A stretch of DNA of 64,000 nucleotides from a virus. A program made the translations under genes and the position numbers. Shown piece by piece: positions 54,232-62,752 of the stretch; positions within the stretch are counted from its first letter, which is position 1; each line of letters opens with the position of its first letter. The notes under the pieces were generated by a model. The model saw only the letters and a list, made by a program, of their open reading frames with translations. It was not told the DNA's origin and did no database searches. The DNA lies in IMG/VR virus record IMGVR_UViG_3300033485_000001, positions 64,001 through 128,000 of that record; one strand, written 5' to 3'.

Positions 54232-56136
54232 ATGTTCGATTTCGGCTACGGCGGCACCAGTCACTTCCAACCCACGCACACCTACGGTCGCGTGAGAGGG
54301 CAGGCGGTCACGCAGGGCGTGGCCTACCCGTCCCCGTTCTTCGATCTGGCGCACACCTACCTCCCGCCGACGGTCAAGCAGATGTTCAAGTGGTGCAGGT
54401 ACTACTACCTCACCCAGCCGCTCATCGCTGCCGTCGTGAACAAGATGGCGGAGTATCCGATCACGGACCTCGTGATCGACACGGACAACAAGGGTCTCCG
54501 CAACTTGTGGGAGAGGTTCTTCGAGGCGGACATCCAGCTCCGTCCGAGGTTGATCGACATCGGCCTGTACTACATGTGCTACGGCAACGCGCTCGCGTCG
54601 CTCATGCACCCGTTCGTGAAGTGGCTGAAGTGCAAGTACTGCGGCCACTCGGTCATGGCGAAGAAGGCCATGTACAGGTTCCGCACCTACGAGTTCCACA
54701 TGACCTGCGACAAGTGCAACCAGACAGGTCACGCTCTTGTGGAGGATCAGTACCTCCAGACCTCGGGAGGCACCCGCATCATCCTGTGGAACCCCGAAGA
54801 CATCGACATCGTCTTCAACCCGATCACGCAAGAAACGATGTACTTCTACAGCCTCCCCATCCAGACGCTCAACGACATGGCGGTGGGACGGCGGGAGGTC
54901 ATCGAGCAGCTGCCGCAGGTCTTCATCGACGCTGCGAAGAAGCGCAAGTCGATCACGCTCAACAAGGACAACCTCTTCCACATCAAGAGGCCATCCGTCC
55001 TCTCGGGTCCAAGGGACACCGGCTGGGGTACCCCGCTGGTGCTCCCCGTCCTGAAGGACGTCTTCTACCTCCAGATCATGAAGAAGGCACAGGAGGCCAT
55101 CCTCCTCGAGAGGATCGTGCCCCTGACCGTCATCTTCCCGCAGCAGGCGAGCGGGACCGCAGATCCGTACACGAGCGTCAACCTGATCGACTGGAAGGAT
55201 CACATCGCGCAGGAGATTCAGAGGTGGAGGCTGGACAGGAACTACATCCCCATCCTGCCTCTCCCGATCGGGAATCAGGTCATCGGCGGCGACGGACGAG
55301 CTCTGCTCATGTCGCAGGAGATCAAGCTCTGGAGCGACCAGATCGTAGCTGGCATGGGGGTCCCCAACGAGTTCATCTACGGCGGCCTCCAGTGGTCCGG
55401 CTCGAACGTGTCGTTGAGGATGCTCGAGAACCAGTTCATGAGGTATCTGTCCGGACTCCTCCTCTTCATCAAGGACTTCTTGATCAAGGGTATGGCCGCC
55501 CACATGGGGTGGCCCACCGTAGGAGTCAGGTTCAAGCCATTCAAGATGGCTGATGATCTCCAGAGGAAGGCGTTCCTCTTCCAGCTCAACCAGGCCGGCA
55601 AGGTCAGCGACACGACGCTGATCAACGATGCCGACCTGAACCCGGATGAGGAGAACGATCTCCTGCGGAAGGAGACGAAGGCCCGACTCGAATCGGTGAA
55701 GGCACAGCAGATCGCGGAAGCTGAGATCGCCGGCGAGGCTGGTATCGTCCAAGCCAAGTATCAGGCGAAGGCTCAGACGATCATGTCGCAGGAACAGCAA
55801 CAGGCGGCTGCCGGATCTCAGGGCACTGCCCCTGGAGAACCCAGCGAAGAGGTGGGGTCTCAGGCAACGCCACCTCCGGCTGGTGCTCAGCAGGGTCCGA
55901 TGGGACAGCCTCAGCAGGATCCCATGCAGCAGATCGTTCAGCGCCTCCGGGCTCTGAGTCCGGAGGCCCAGCGTACCGTGCTAATGAGGATCGAGCAGAG
56001 CAACCCGGAGCTGGCGAACCAGCTTCGGGCGCAGTTCAAGGAGGGTGGTGGTGTCGATGCCTCGCCGAACTCGGCAGGCAAGCCGCTCCCAACCCAGCTA
56101 CCCCCTCGTAGGGGAACCGAATCAGCGATGATCTAA
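54232..56136 (+). CDS. Portal protein with zinc-ribbon insertion and Q/P-rich C-terminal tail
   Basis: PLIAAVVNKMAEYP, GWGTPLVLPVLKDVFYLQIMKKAQEAI, IVAGMGVPNEFIYGG; size and head-module context. Confidence 0.7.
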   Translation: MFDFGYGGTSHFQPTHTYGRVRGQAVTQGVAYPSPFFDLAHTYLPPTVKQMFKWCRYYYLTQPLIAAVVNKMAEYPITDLVIDTDNKGLRNLWERFFEADIQLRPRLIDIGLYYMCYGNALASLMHPFVKWLKCKYCGHSVMAKKAMYRFRTYEFHMTCDKCNQTGHALVEDQYLQTSGGTRIILWNPEDIDIVFNPITQETMYFYSLPIQTLNDMAVGRREVIEQLPQVFIDAAKKRKSITLNKDNLFHIKRPSVLSGPRDTGWGTPLVLPVLKDVFYLQIMKKAQEAILLERIVPLTVIFPQQASGTADPYTSVNLIDWKDHIAQEIQRWRLDRNYIPILPLPIGNQVIGGDGRALLMSQEIKLWSDQIVAGMGVPNEFIYGGLQWSGSNVSLRMLENQFMRYLSGLLLFIKDFLIKGMAAHMGWPTVGVRFKPFKMADDLQRKAFLFQLNQAGKVSDTTLINDADLNPDEENDLLRKETKARLESVKAQQIAEAEIAGEAGIVQAKYQAKAQTIMSQEQQQAAAGSQGTAPGEPSEEVGSQATPPPAGAQQGPMGQPQQDPMQQIVQRLRALSPEAQRTVLMRIEQSNPELANQLRAQFKEGGGVDASPNSAGKPLPTQLPPRRGTESAMI

Positions 56137-56171
56137 AAAGGGGAGGCGTCTCAGATGTTGAGACGCCTCCC
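56135..56171 (-). terminator. Intrinsic terminator, 13-bp perfect stem + U5 on the minus strand (possibly bidirectional)
   Basis: GGGAGGCGTCTCA-GATGT-TGAGACGCCTCCC preceded by AAAAAG on plus. Confidence 0.85.
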
Positions 56172-56201
56172 TTCACTTTCCACAGCCATCGACTCCGGAC
56201 G

Positions 56202-56297
56202 CTACTCGTCGTCGTCGGAATCGATCAGCCACTCCTCCGTGCTTCCTGTGACCACTGCGACGTACGCAGACAGGAACGCCAGGAGGAAAAGTCTCAT
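56202..56297 (-). CDS. 31-aa peptide MRLFLLAFLSAYVAVVTGSTEEWLIDSDDDE (hydrophobic N-terminus, acidic C-terminus)
   Basis: AAAGGAGGT SD; lies between promoter and terminator. Confidence 0.65.
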   Translation of the reverse strand: MRLFLLAFLSAYVAVVTGSTEEWLIDSDDDE

Positions 56298-56331
56298 CCA
56301 ACCTCCTTTCCGTCAGACGACACGGTACCCA

Positions 56332-56427
56332 TCAGTCGGCCTCGTAGTCGCCGAGGAGATCGTCCTCGACCTCCGACTCGAAGTCCGCGAGCTCGCTGTC
56401 CTCCACCACGTCTTCCGGATCCACCAT
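56332..56427 (-). CDS. 31-aa highly acidic peptide MVDPEDVVEDSELADFESEVEDDLLGDYEAD
   Basis: AGGAGGT SD; 15/31 residues D/E and no K/R; codons match the host-like GC3 bias. Confidence 0.7.
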   Translation of the reverse strand: MVDPEDVVEDSELADFESEVEDDLLGDYEAD

Positions 56428-56469
56428 GCACCTCCTGAGCTAGGGTAAGAGTTTTCCCTACTCAATGAT

Positions 56470-56485
56470 CTTATATCTGGGATCT
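56470..56485 (-). promoter_or_regulatory. AGATCCCAGA-TATAAG promoter motif for the antisense mini-operon
   Basis: Near-identical to 50288-50303; 43 bp upstream of the first sORF. Confidence 0.6.
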
Positions 56486-56581
56486 TGTCGTCCTTGCACG
56501 CGATTGGTAGAGTGAATGAAGCTCATGTTGACCCCCTAGAGGACTGTGATCCTCGATGATCGGGGGTTGCGGAGGCAGCAA

Positions 56582-59500
56582 GTGGCGAGACTTGACCCGG
56601 CCGAGGGGTTCGAGATCCTCAAGAGTCATGTGAAGGACGCGATCTCCAGCTCGTTCCCACAGGAAGGAGCCAAGAACGTCCTCAAGCTCGAGAGCCTGGA
56701 CATCCCCGACAAGCTGAGCGTCAGCAACGTCGGAGAGCAGAAGGCCGCCAAGATGAACGGGCGCACCTGGGGCGTTCCCGTTCACGCGACGCTGGTGCTC
56801 GAAGACAAGAAGACAGGCAAGGTCCTTGACCGAAGCAAGATCAAGATCGCCACGCTGCCCAAGGTGACCAACCGCTACTCCTACATCGTGGAGGGGTCGG
56901 AGTACCAGGTCGACAACCAGTGGCGGCTCAAGCCGGGCGTCTACACGAAGGTCCAGCAGAACGGTGAGCTGGATTCCTTCTTCAACATTCAGGGGCAGCC
57001 GCTGCATCTCGGCTTCGACCCGAAGGAGCGGTCCTTCGTGATGAAGCACGGAGGAGCGCAGCCCCCGCTGTACCCGATCATGCGGGCTCTTGGTCACAGC
57101 GACGGTGACCTCGAGAAGGCGTGGGGCAAGGACATCCTCAACGCCAACATGACCGACAGCCGGGGGAAGGTGCTGAAGGTCGACAAGCACGCCATCGCCT
57201 TCGCGAAGCGCCTGGTGCCAGAGGAGGAGATCACAACCCTCGAGAAGGCGTCGGAGGTCATCAAGCAGAAGTTCGCCGAGTCGCGTCTGCACCCTGACGT
57301 AACGAGCCGCACGCTGGGCAAGGCCATCGACAAGATCACACCAGAGGCGATGCTGCGCTCGTCTCAGCGCCTTCTCGGCGTGGCTCGTGGGACCGAGAAG
57401 CCTGACGTCCGGGACTCACTCATGTTCAAGGAGTTCCTCAGCACCGAGGACTTCATTGGGGAGCGGATCAAGCAGAGCAGCCCGGTCATCCAGCGTCGCA
57501 TCGGGAACAACATCGACAGGCGGGACAAGATCCGTGACATCGTGGGCATGGATGTCTTCCAGCGACCCGTCAAGGAGTTCTTCTCCAAGGTGTCCCTGGC
57601 CTCGACCCCAGAGCAGACCAACCCCCTCAAGATGATCTCGGGTCAGCTTCGTACAACGATCGCTGGGGAGGGTGGCGTCAAGGACGCGAACAGGATCACA
57701 GAGGATGCGAAGCTGGTGGACCCAAGCCACTTCGGCGTTCTCGATCCACTGCACACACCGGAGAGCGTGAAGACCGGCGTGAACCTCCAGCTCGCCCTGG
57801 GGACCAGGAAGGTGGGGACTCGCGTAGAGATCCCGCTCATCCACGCCAGGACCGGGAAGGTGACCTACCTGGATCCTGGGAAGATCAACGACGCCATGGT
57901 GGCGCTTCCCGATTCGGTGAAACGGGTGAACGGGAAGTTCTCTCCGAAGGAAGGATCCACGGTCCTGGTGAGCGGTCCTGGAAACGAGCTGATGCGCGTT
58001 CCCATGAAGGATGTCGAGTACGTCGTGCCGCGCTCGAGCCAGATGTTCTCGATCGCCACGAACATGGTCCCCTTCATCTCCAGCGATTCGCCGAACCGAG
58101 CAACCATGGCCGGCAGGCACATGGAGCAGGCCATCCCGCTCGTGAACCCAGAGGCCCCGCTGGTGCAGTCTGTCCTCGGCAAGAAGAGCTTCGACGAGCT
58201 CGTTGGTTCCTACGCCTCCCATGCGGCGCCGGCGGACGGGACCGTCCTGCGTGTCGAGAAGGACGCCATCCACATCAAGGGCTCCGACAAGAAGACCCAC
58301 ATCGTCCACACCTACGATCACTACCCGACCAACGACAAGAAGGGGATGATCCACAGCAACTCACTCGTGAAGGCCGGCGACAAGGTCACGAAGGGTCAGG
58401 TCGTAGCCGACACCAACTTCACCAAGAACGGCGTCTACGCCCCAGGCAAGAACCTCCAGGTCGCCTACATGCCGTGGCGGGGGTACAACTTCGAGGACGG
58501 CGTGGTGATCAGTGAGACTGCTGCGCAGAAGCTCACGAGCGAGCACCTCCACAAGAAGGGCCTGTCCACGAAGGAGGCGCAGCTTCTGGGGACGAAGAAG
58601 TACCAGGCGTACTACCAGGACCGTCTCAACAAGGAGCAGGCCGCCAAGCTGGATCCTGACGGAGTGGTCAAGCCTGGGATGAGGGTGAAGCCAGGAGACA
58701 CGCTGATCGCAGCTCTGGCGGAGCAGCAGCTCACCACCGAGGAGCAGAAGCTGAAGCTCTTGCACAAGAGCTTGGTGAGGCCGTTCAAGGACAAGGCAAT
58801 CACATGGGACGAGGACGTGGAGGGGGAGGTCATCGAGGTCAACAAGAGGGGGACCAGGGTCGACGTCCACGTCAAGACGGCGGAGCCGATGGACGTGGGG
58901 GACAAGCTGGTGGGTCGTCACGGAAACAAAGGAATCGTGACGATGATCCTACCAGACCACGAGATGCCGAAGACGAAGGACGGGAAACCGATCGAGGTGA
59001 TCATGAACCCCATCGGGACCCCCGGCCGTATGAACATTGGACAGGTCCTCGAGACGGCTGCCGCAAAGATCGCGCAGAAGACTGGTCAGCCCTTCAAGGT
59101 CACCAACTTCGAGGTGGAGAACAACCTCGAGTTCGTCGAGAACGAGCTCAAGAAGCACGGGCTGACCGACAAGGAATCGATCATCGATCCGAAGACGGGC
59201 AGGGAGATCCCGAACATCCAGGTTGGCCCGCAGTACATCCTGAAGATGGAACACCAGGTCGGGAAGAAGATGGCTGCCCGATCACGGGATTCTTACGACC
59301 GCAACCTGGTGCCGAAGGGTGGCGGTCCACACGGAGCTCAGGCCCTCGGCTCGCTCGGCATCTACTCCATGCTGGCCCACGGTGCCAAGGCCAACATCCG
59401 GGAGATGCAGACCTACAAGAGCGACAAGTCGCAGGGTGGTGACAACGACGAGCTCTGGAGTGCGCTCCAGGCTGGTGAGATGCTGCCCCCGCCCAGGACC

Positions 59501-62500
59501 ACCTTCGCCTACAACAAGTTCAACTCCTACCTGAAGGCGCTCGGAGTGAACACTGAGAAGGACGGCAACAGCCTGAACCTCGTGCCGCTCACGGACAAGG
59601 ACGTCCTCTCGATGTCCAACGGCGAGCTCAAGGACGCGGGCCGCGTCGTGAAGATGAGGACGCTCCAGCCGGAGAAGAACGGCCTCTTCGATCCGAAGAT
59701 CACAGGCGGGCATGACGGGACCAACTGGTCCCACATCAAGCTCACCTCACCCATGCCGAACCCCCTGTTCGAGAAAGCCATCATGAGCGTGGCTGGGATC
59801 CGTGGTCCGCAGTTCGACAAGATCATAGGTGGCACGGCGGGTGTGACGAAGGACGGCGCCATCGTCGAGCAGACGGGTGTGAAGGGGGCGACCTACGGAC
59901 CCGCAGCGATCGATCACTTGCTGGCGAAGGTGGACATCAAGAAGGACCTCGCGGTGGAGGAGGCACGGATCCAAGGGCTCAAGGGCCAGCTTCAGAACGA
60001 GTCGAGGCGCAAGATCAAGTACCTCCGTGCGTTGGACAAGCTGGGCATGAAGCCGACTGACGCCTACATGATGAAGCACGTTCCGATCCTGCCTCCGAAC
60101 ATGCGGCCCATCGCCGTGCTCGATGACGGGAGCCTCCAGACCGATGACCTGAACGAGATCTACAAGCAGCTCGCGATCGTCAACAAGAAGCACGGCGAGT
60201 TTCCGGCCAACGCGCCGCAGTCGCTCAAGGCCCCGCTCCAGGAGGACATCTACGATCACCTGAAGTCCCTCACTGGGCTCGGTGGCACCCTCAACAGGAA
60301 GCACCCTGGCATCCTCGACGTCCTCTCAGGACGTGAGGGACCGAAGACCAGCTTCGCACAGGACGTTCTGATCAAGCGCAAGCAGGACCTCACCATGAGG
60401 TCCACCATCGTCCCGGAGCCGTCCCTCTCGCTGGACGAGGCGGAGATCCCGAGGAAGGCTGCGAAGGAGATGTACAAGCCCTTCCTGGTCCGGGAGCTGC
60501 GCCGCACAGCCGGAGTCACCCCGCTTGCCGCCAAGAAGATGATCGACGAGGACGACCCGCTCGCGAACAAGGCGCTGGATCGTGTGGTTCAGGAGCGCCC
60601 TGTGCTGCTGAAGCGCGACCCGGTCCTCCACAAGTACGGCATCCAGGCGTTCAAGCCACGGCTCGTCGAGGGGAAGGCCATCAAGATCCACCCCCTCGTG
60701 TGCTCCGGCTTCAACGCCGACTTCGATGGCGACACCATGAGCGCCTACGTTCCGATCACGGCGGAGGCCGTGAAGGAGGCGGAGCAGATGTTCCCCTCGC
60801 GGAACCTCTTCTCCCCGGCCACTGGATCCGTCATGTACACCCCCGGCCACGAAGCGCAGGTCGGCCTGTTCATGATGGCCGACGCTGGGAAGTGGACTGG
60901 TCAGCGGTTCAAGAGTCAGGCCGAGCTCGAGAGCGCGGTGAGAGCCGGGAAGGCGACTCAGAACGACGTGGTCATGGTGGGGAACGTCAAGACCACGCTC
61001 GGGAGATTGCAGATCAACAGCCACCTCCCAAAGGATCTCCAGGGAGGGAAACTCCTCACCGATCTGAACTACAGGTTCACGAAGAAGGAACAGGAGAAGC
61101 TCTTCAACGGCATGGTCAAGGTCGACCGCGCCGCGTATCCGTCTTCGATCAACAAGCTGAAGGACCTCGGGAACGAGGCAGCCACGATGGGCAGCTTCAG
61201 CTTCGGCCTCGGAGACTTCAAGGTCCACAAGGACATCCGTGATCCAATCCTGCGAAGCGCGGAGGCAAAGGCGGCCAAGCTGGACCTGTCCAAGAAGGAT
61301 CAGCTCAACAAGTTCATCGACATCTACGAGGGCGCGACCAACGAGATCGATGAGAAGCTGAAGCAGCGCATCGCCGACCCCAAGTTCCAGACCAACCTCG
61401 TCAAGCTCGAGGTGGCAGCTGGGATCAAGGGAAGGGGTCTGCGGCAGCTCACGGCAGCCCCAGTTCTCTTCGTAGACGGCAAGGGCGAGGTGGTCACCAG
61501 CCCCGTGAAGAAGTCCTACGCAGAGGGCCTCTCGTCAGGGGACTACTGGGCGGCGACCAGCGGCGGCAGGAAGGGTGCGATCCAGAAGGTCCAGTCGGTC
61601 AGTGAGCCGGGCTACCTGACGAAGCAGATGGCCAACAGCACCCTCGACATGCTCGTGGCCGCCAACGACTGCGGCACCAGCCGAGGCGTGAACCTGCACG
61701 TGGACGAGCCTGATGTGATCGGCAGGTACACCGTCGCGGACCTGAAGCTCCAGAAGGGAATCATCCCGGCGAACACCCTCGTCACGCCGGAGATCCTGAG
61801 CCGTATCAAGAACGCCAAGATCGACAAGGTCGTGGTCCGATCTCCGATGCGCTGTGTCCACGGTAAGGGTGTCTGTGCGAAGTGCATGGGGCTCAACGAG
61901 AACGGGAAGCTCAACGATCTGGGAACCAACGTGGGCATCCTGGCCACCCAGTCCATCGGCGAGCGCGGCACGCAGCTTGCCATGAAGGCGTTCCACTCAG
62001 GCGGCGTCTACGAGGGCAGGGAAGCAGCCACGAAGTCCATTGCAGCGGGTGGCCTCGACCGAGCCGGCAACATCCTGAACCTCCCGCAGAAGCTCAAGGG
62101 ATCAGCGATCCTCTCGACCACTGTCGGTCGGGTGAACAAGATCGAGAAGGATCCCGCCGGCGGTGTTCGAGTCTCCATCGGGGACAAGGAGCACTACGTC
62201 CCCGCCGACCGAGCGATGCTCGACAAGGTTCGCGTGGGGTACCAGGTCAAGAAGGGCGATCCGATTACCAACGGCCCCGTCAACCCACACGAGCTGCTCC
62301 CGCTCACCAACATGAGCAAGGTGCAGGGTCACCTGGCGGGGGAACTCCATTCCATCTACGGGCAGTACGGCATCAAGCGGAGGCACTCCGAGCTCATGGT
62401 GCGGGCGCTCTCGAACGTGACCAAGGTCGAGAACCCCGGCGGCAACCCAGACCTCCTGCCCGGAGACTTCACGAGCACGAGTCAGGTCTACGAGTGGAAC

Positions 62501-62743
62501 AAGCAGAACCCGAAGACCAAGCCCGTGGTTCACACCCCAGTTCTGCGCGGTGTGAAGACGATCCCCCTCGACATCCAAGAGGACTGGATGGCTCGATTGA
62601 ACCACGAGCACTTGAAGAGTACGCTTGTGGAGGCGGCACAGCAGGGATGGCAAAGCAACCTCCACGGCATGCACCCGATCCCGCCCCTCATGCATGGGGC
62701 CGAGTTCGGAAAGGGTACCAAGGACAAGCCCTGGGCCTACTGA
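56582..62743 (+). CDS. rpoBC: Single-chain fused beta-beta' (RpoB-RpoC-like) multisubunit-type RNA polymerase, about 2050 aa
   Basis: Beta motifs HFG..DP..TPES, YMPWRGYNFEDG, GDKLVGRHGNKG, MNPIGTPGRMNIGQ. Beta' motifs VPILPPNMRP, LLKRDPVLH, NADFDGD (60713-60733), GGRKG bridge helix, QSIGERGTQL..KAFHSGG. No stop between them; GGAGG SD before GTG 56582. Confidence 0.95.
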   Translation: MARLDPAEGFEILKSHVKDAISSSFPQEGAKNVLKLESLDIPDKLSVSNVGEQKAAKMNGRTWGVPVHATLVLEDKKTGKVLDRSKIKIATLPKVTNRYSYIVEGSEYQVDNQWRLKPGVYTKVQQNGELDSFFNIQGQPLHLGFDPKERSFVMKHGGAQPPLYPIMRALGHSDGDLEKAWGKDILNANMTDSRGKVLKVDKHAIAFAKRLVPEEEITTLEKASEVIKQKFAESRLHPDVTSRTLGKAIDKITPEAMLRSSQRLLGVARGTEKPDVRDSLMFKEFLSTEDFIGERIKQSSPVIQRRIGNNIDRRDKIRDIVGMDVFQRPVKEFFSKVSLASTPEQTNPLKMISGQLRTTIAGEGGVKDANRITEDAKLVDPSHFGVLDPLHTPESVKTGVNLQLALGTRKVGTRVEIPLIHARTGKVTYLDPGKINDAMVALPDSVKRVNGKFSPKEGSTVLVSGPGNELMRVPMKDVEYVVPRSSQMFSIATNMVPFISSDSPNRATMAGRHMEQAIPLVNPEAPLVQSVLGKKSFDELVGSYASHAAPADGTVLRVEKDAIHIKGSDKKTHIVHTYDHYPTNDKKGMIHSNSLVKAGDKVTKGQVVADTNFTKNGVYAPGKNLQVAYMPWRGYNFEDGVVISETAAQKLTSEHLHKKGLSTKEAQLLGTKKYQAYYQDRLNKEQAAKLDPDGVVKPGMRVKPGDTLIAALAEQQLTTEEQKLKLLHKSLVRPFKDKAITWDEDVEGEVIEVNKRGTRVDVHVKTAEPMDVGDKLVGRHGNKGIVTMILPDHEMPKTKDGKPIEVIMNPIGTPGRMNIGQVLETAAAKIAQKTGQPFKVTNFEVENNLEFVENELKKHGLTDKESIIDPKTGREIPNIQVGPQYILKMEHQVGKKMAARSRDSYDRNLVPKGGGPHGAQALGSLGIYSMLAHGAKANIREMQTYKSDKSQGGDNDELWSALQAGEMLPPPRTTFAYNKFNSYLKALGVNTEKDGNSLNLVPLTDKDVLSMSNGELKDAGRVVKMRTLQPEKNGLFDPKITGGHDGTNWSHIKLTSPMPNPLFEKAIMSVAGIRGPQFDKIIGGTAGVTKDGAIVEQTGVKGATYGPAAIDHLLAKVDIKKDLAVEEARIQGLKGQLQNESRRKIKYLRALDKLGMKPTDAYMMKHVPILPPNMRPIAVLDDGSLQTDDLNEIYKQLAIVNKKHGEFPANAPQSLKAPLQEDIYDHLKSLTGLGGTLNRKHPGILDVLSGREGPKTSFAQDVLIKRKQDLTMRSTIVPEPSLSLDEAEIPRKAAKEMYKPFLVRELRRTAGVTPLAAKKMIDEDDPLANKALDRVVQERPVLLKRDPVLHKYGIQAFKPRLVEGKAIKIHPLVCSGFNADFDGDTMSAYVPITAEAVKEAEQMFPSRNLFSPATGSVMYTPGHEAQVGLFMMADAGKWTGQRFKSQAELESAVRAGKATQNDVVMVGNVKTTLGRLQINSHLPKDLQGGKLLTDLNYRFTKKEQEKLFNGMVKVDRAAYPSSINKLKDLGNEAATMGSFSFGLGDFKVHKDIRDPILRSAEAKAAKLDLSKKDQLNKFIDIYEGATNEIDEKLKQRIADPKFQTNLVKLEVAAGIKGRGLRQLTAAPVLFVDGKGEVVTSPVKKSYAEGLSSGDYWAATSGGRKGAIQKVQSVSEPGYLTKQMANSTLDMLVAANDCGTSRGVNLHVDEPDVIGRYTVADLKLQKGIIPANTLVTPEILSRIKNAKIDKVVVRSPMRCVHGKGVCAKCMGLNENGKLNDLGTNVGILATQSIGERGTQLAMKAFHSGGVYEGREAATKSIAAGGLDRAGNILNLPQKLKGSAILSTTVGRVNKIEKDPAGGVRVSIGDKEHYVPADRAMLDKVRVGYQVKKGDPITNGPVNPHELLPLTNMSKVQGHLAGELHSIYGQYGIKRRHSELMVRALSNVTKVENPGGNPDLLPGDFTSTSQVYEWNKQNPKTKPVVHTPVLRGVKTIPLDIQEDWMARLNHEHLKSTLVEAAQQGWQSNLHGMHPIPPLMHGAEFGKGTKDKPWAY

Positions 62744-62752
62744 GGTAAGATC

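Noticed and set aside
56582-62743. Intein or intron in the RNAP (also checked in the polymerase and helicases)
   Set aside because: No intein-like block (C/S start ... HN-C/S/T end, LAGLIDADG) or frame interruption seen; the proteins are compact rather than expanded.
56582-62743. N4-type or T7-type single-subunit virion RNAP, or a eukaryotic giant-virus RNAP
   Set aside because: The motifs (GDK..GRHGNKG, YNFED, NADFDGD) are bacterial two-barrel type, and the surrounding SD-led operons, sigma70, portal and baseplate genes are phage-like.
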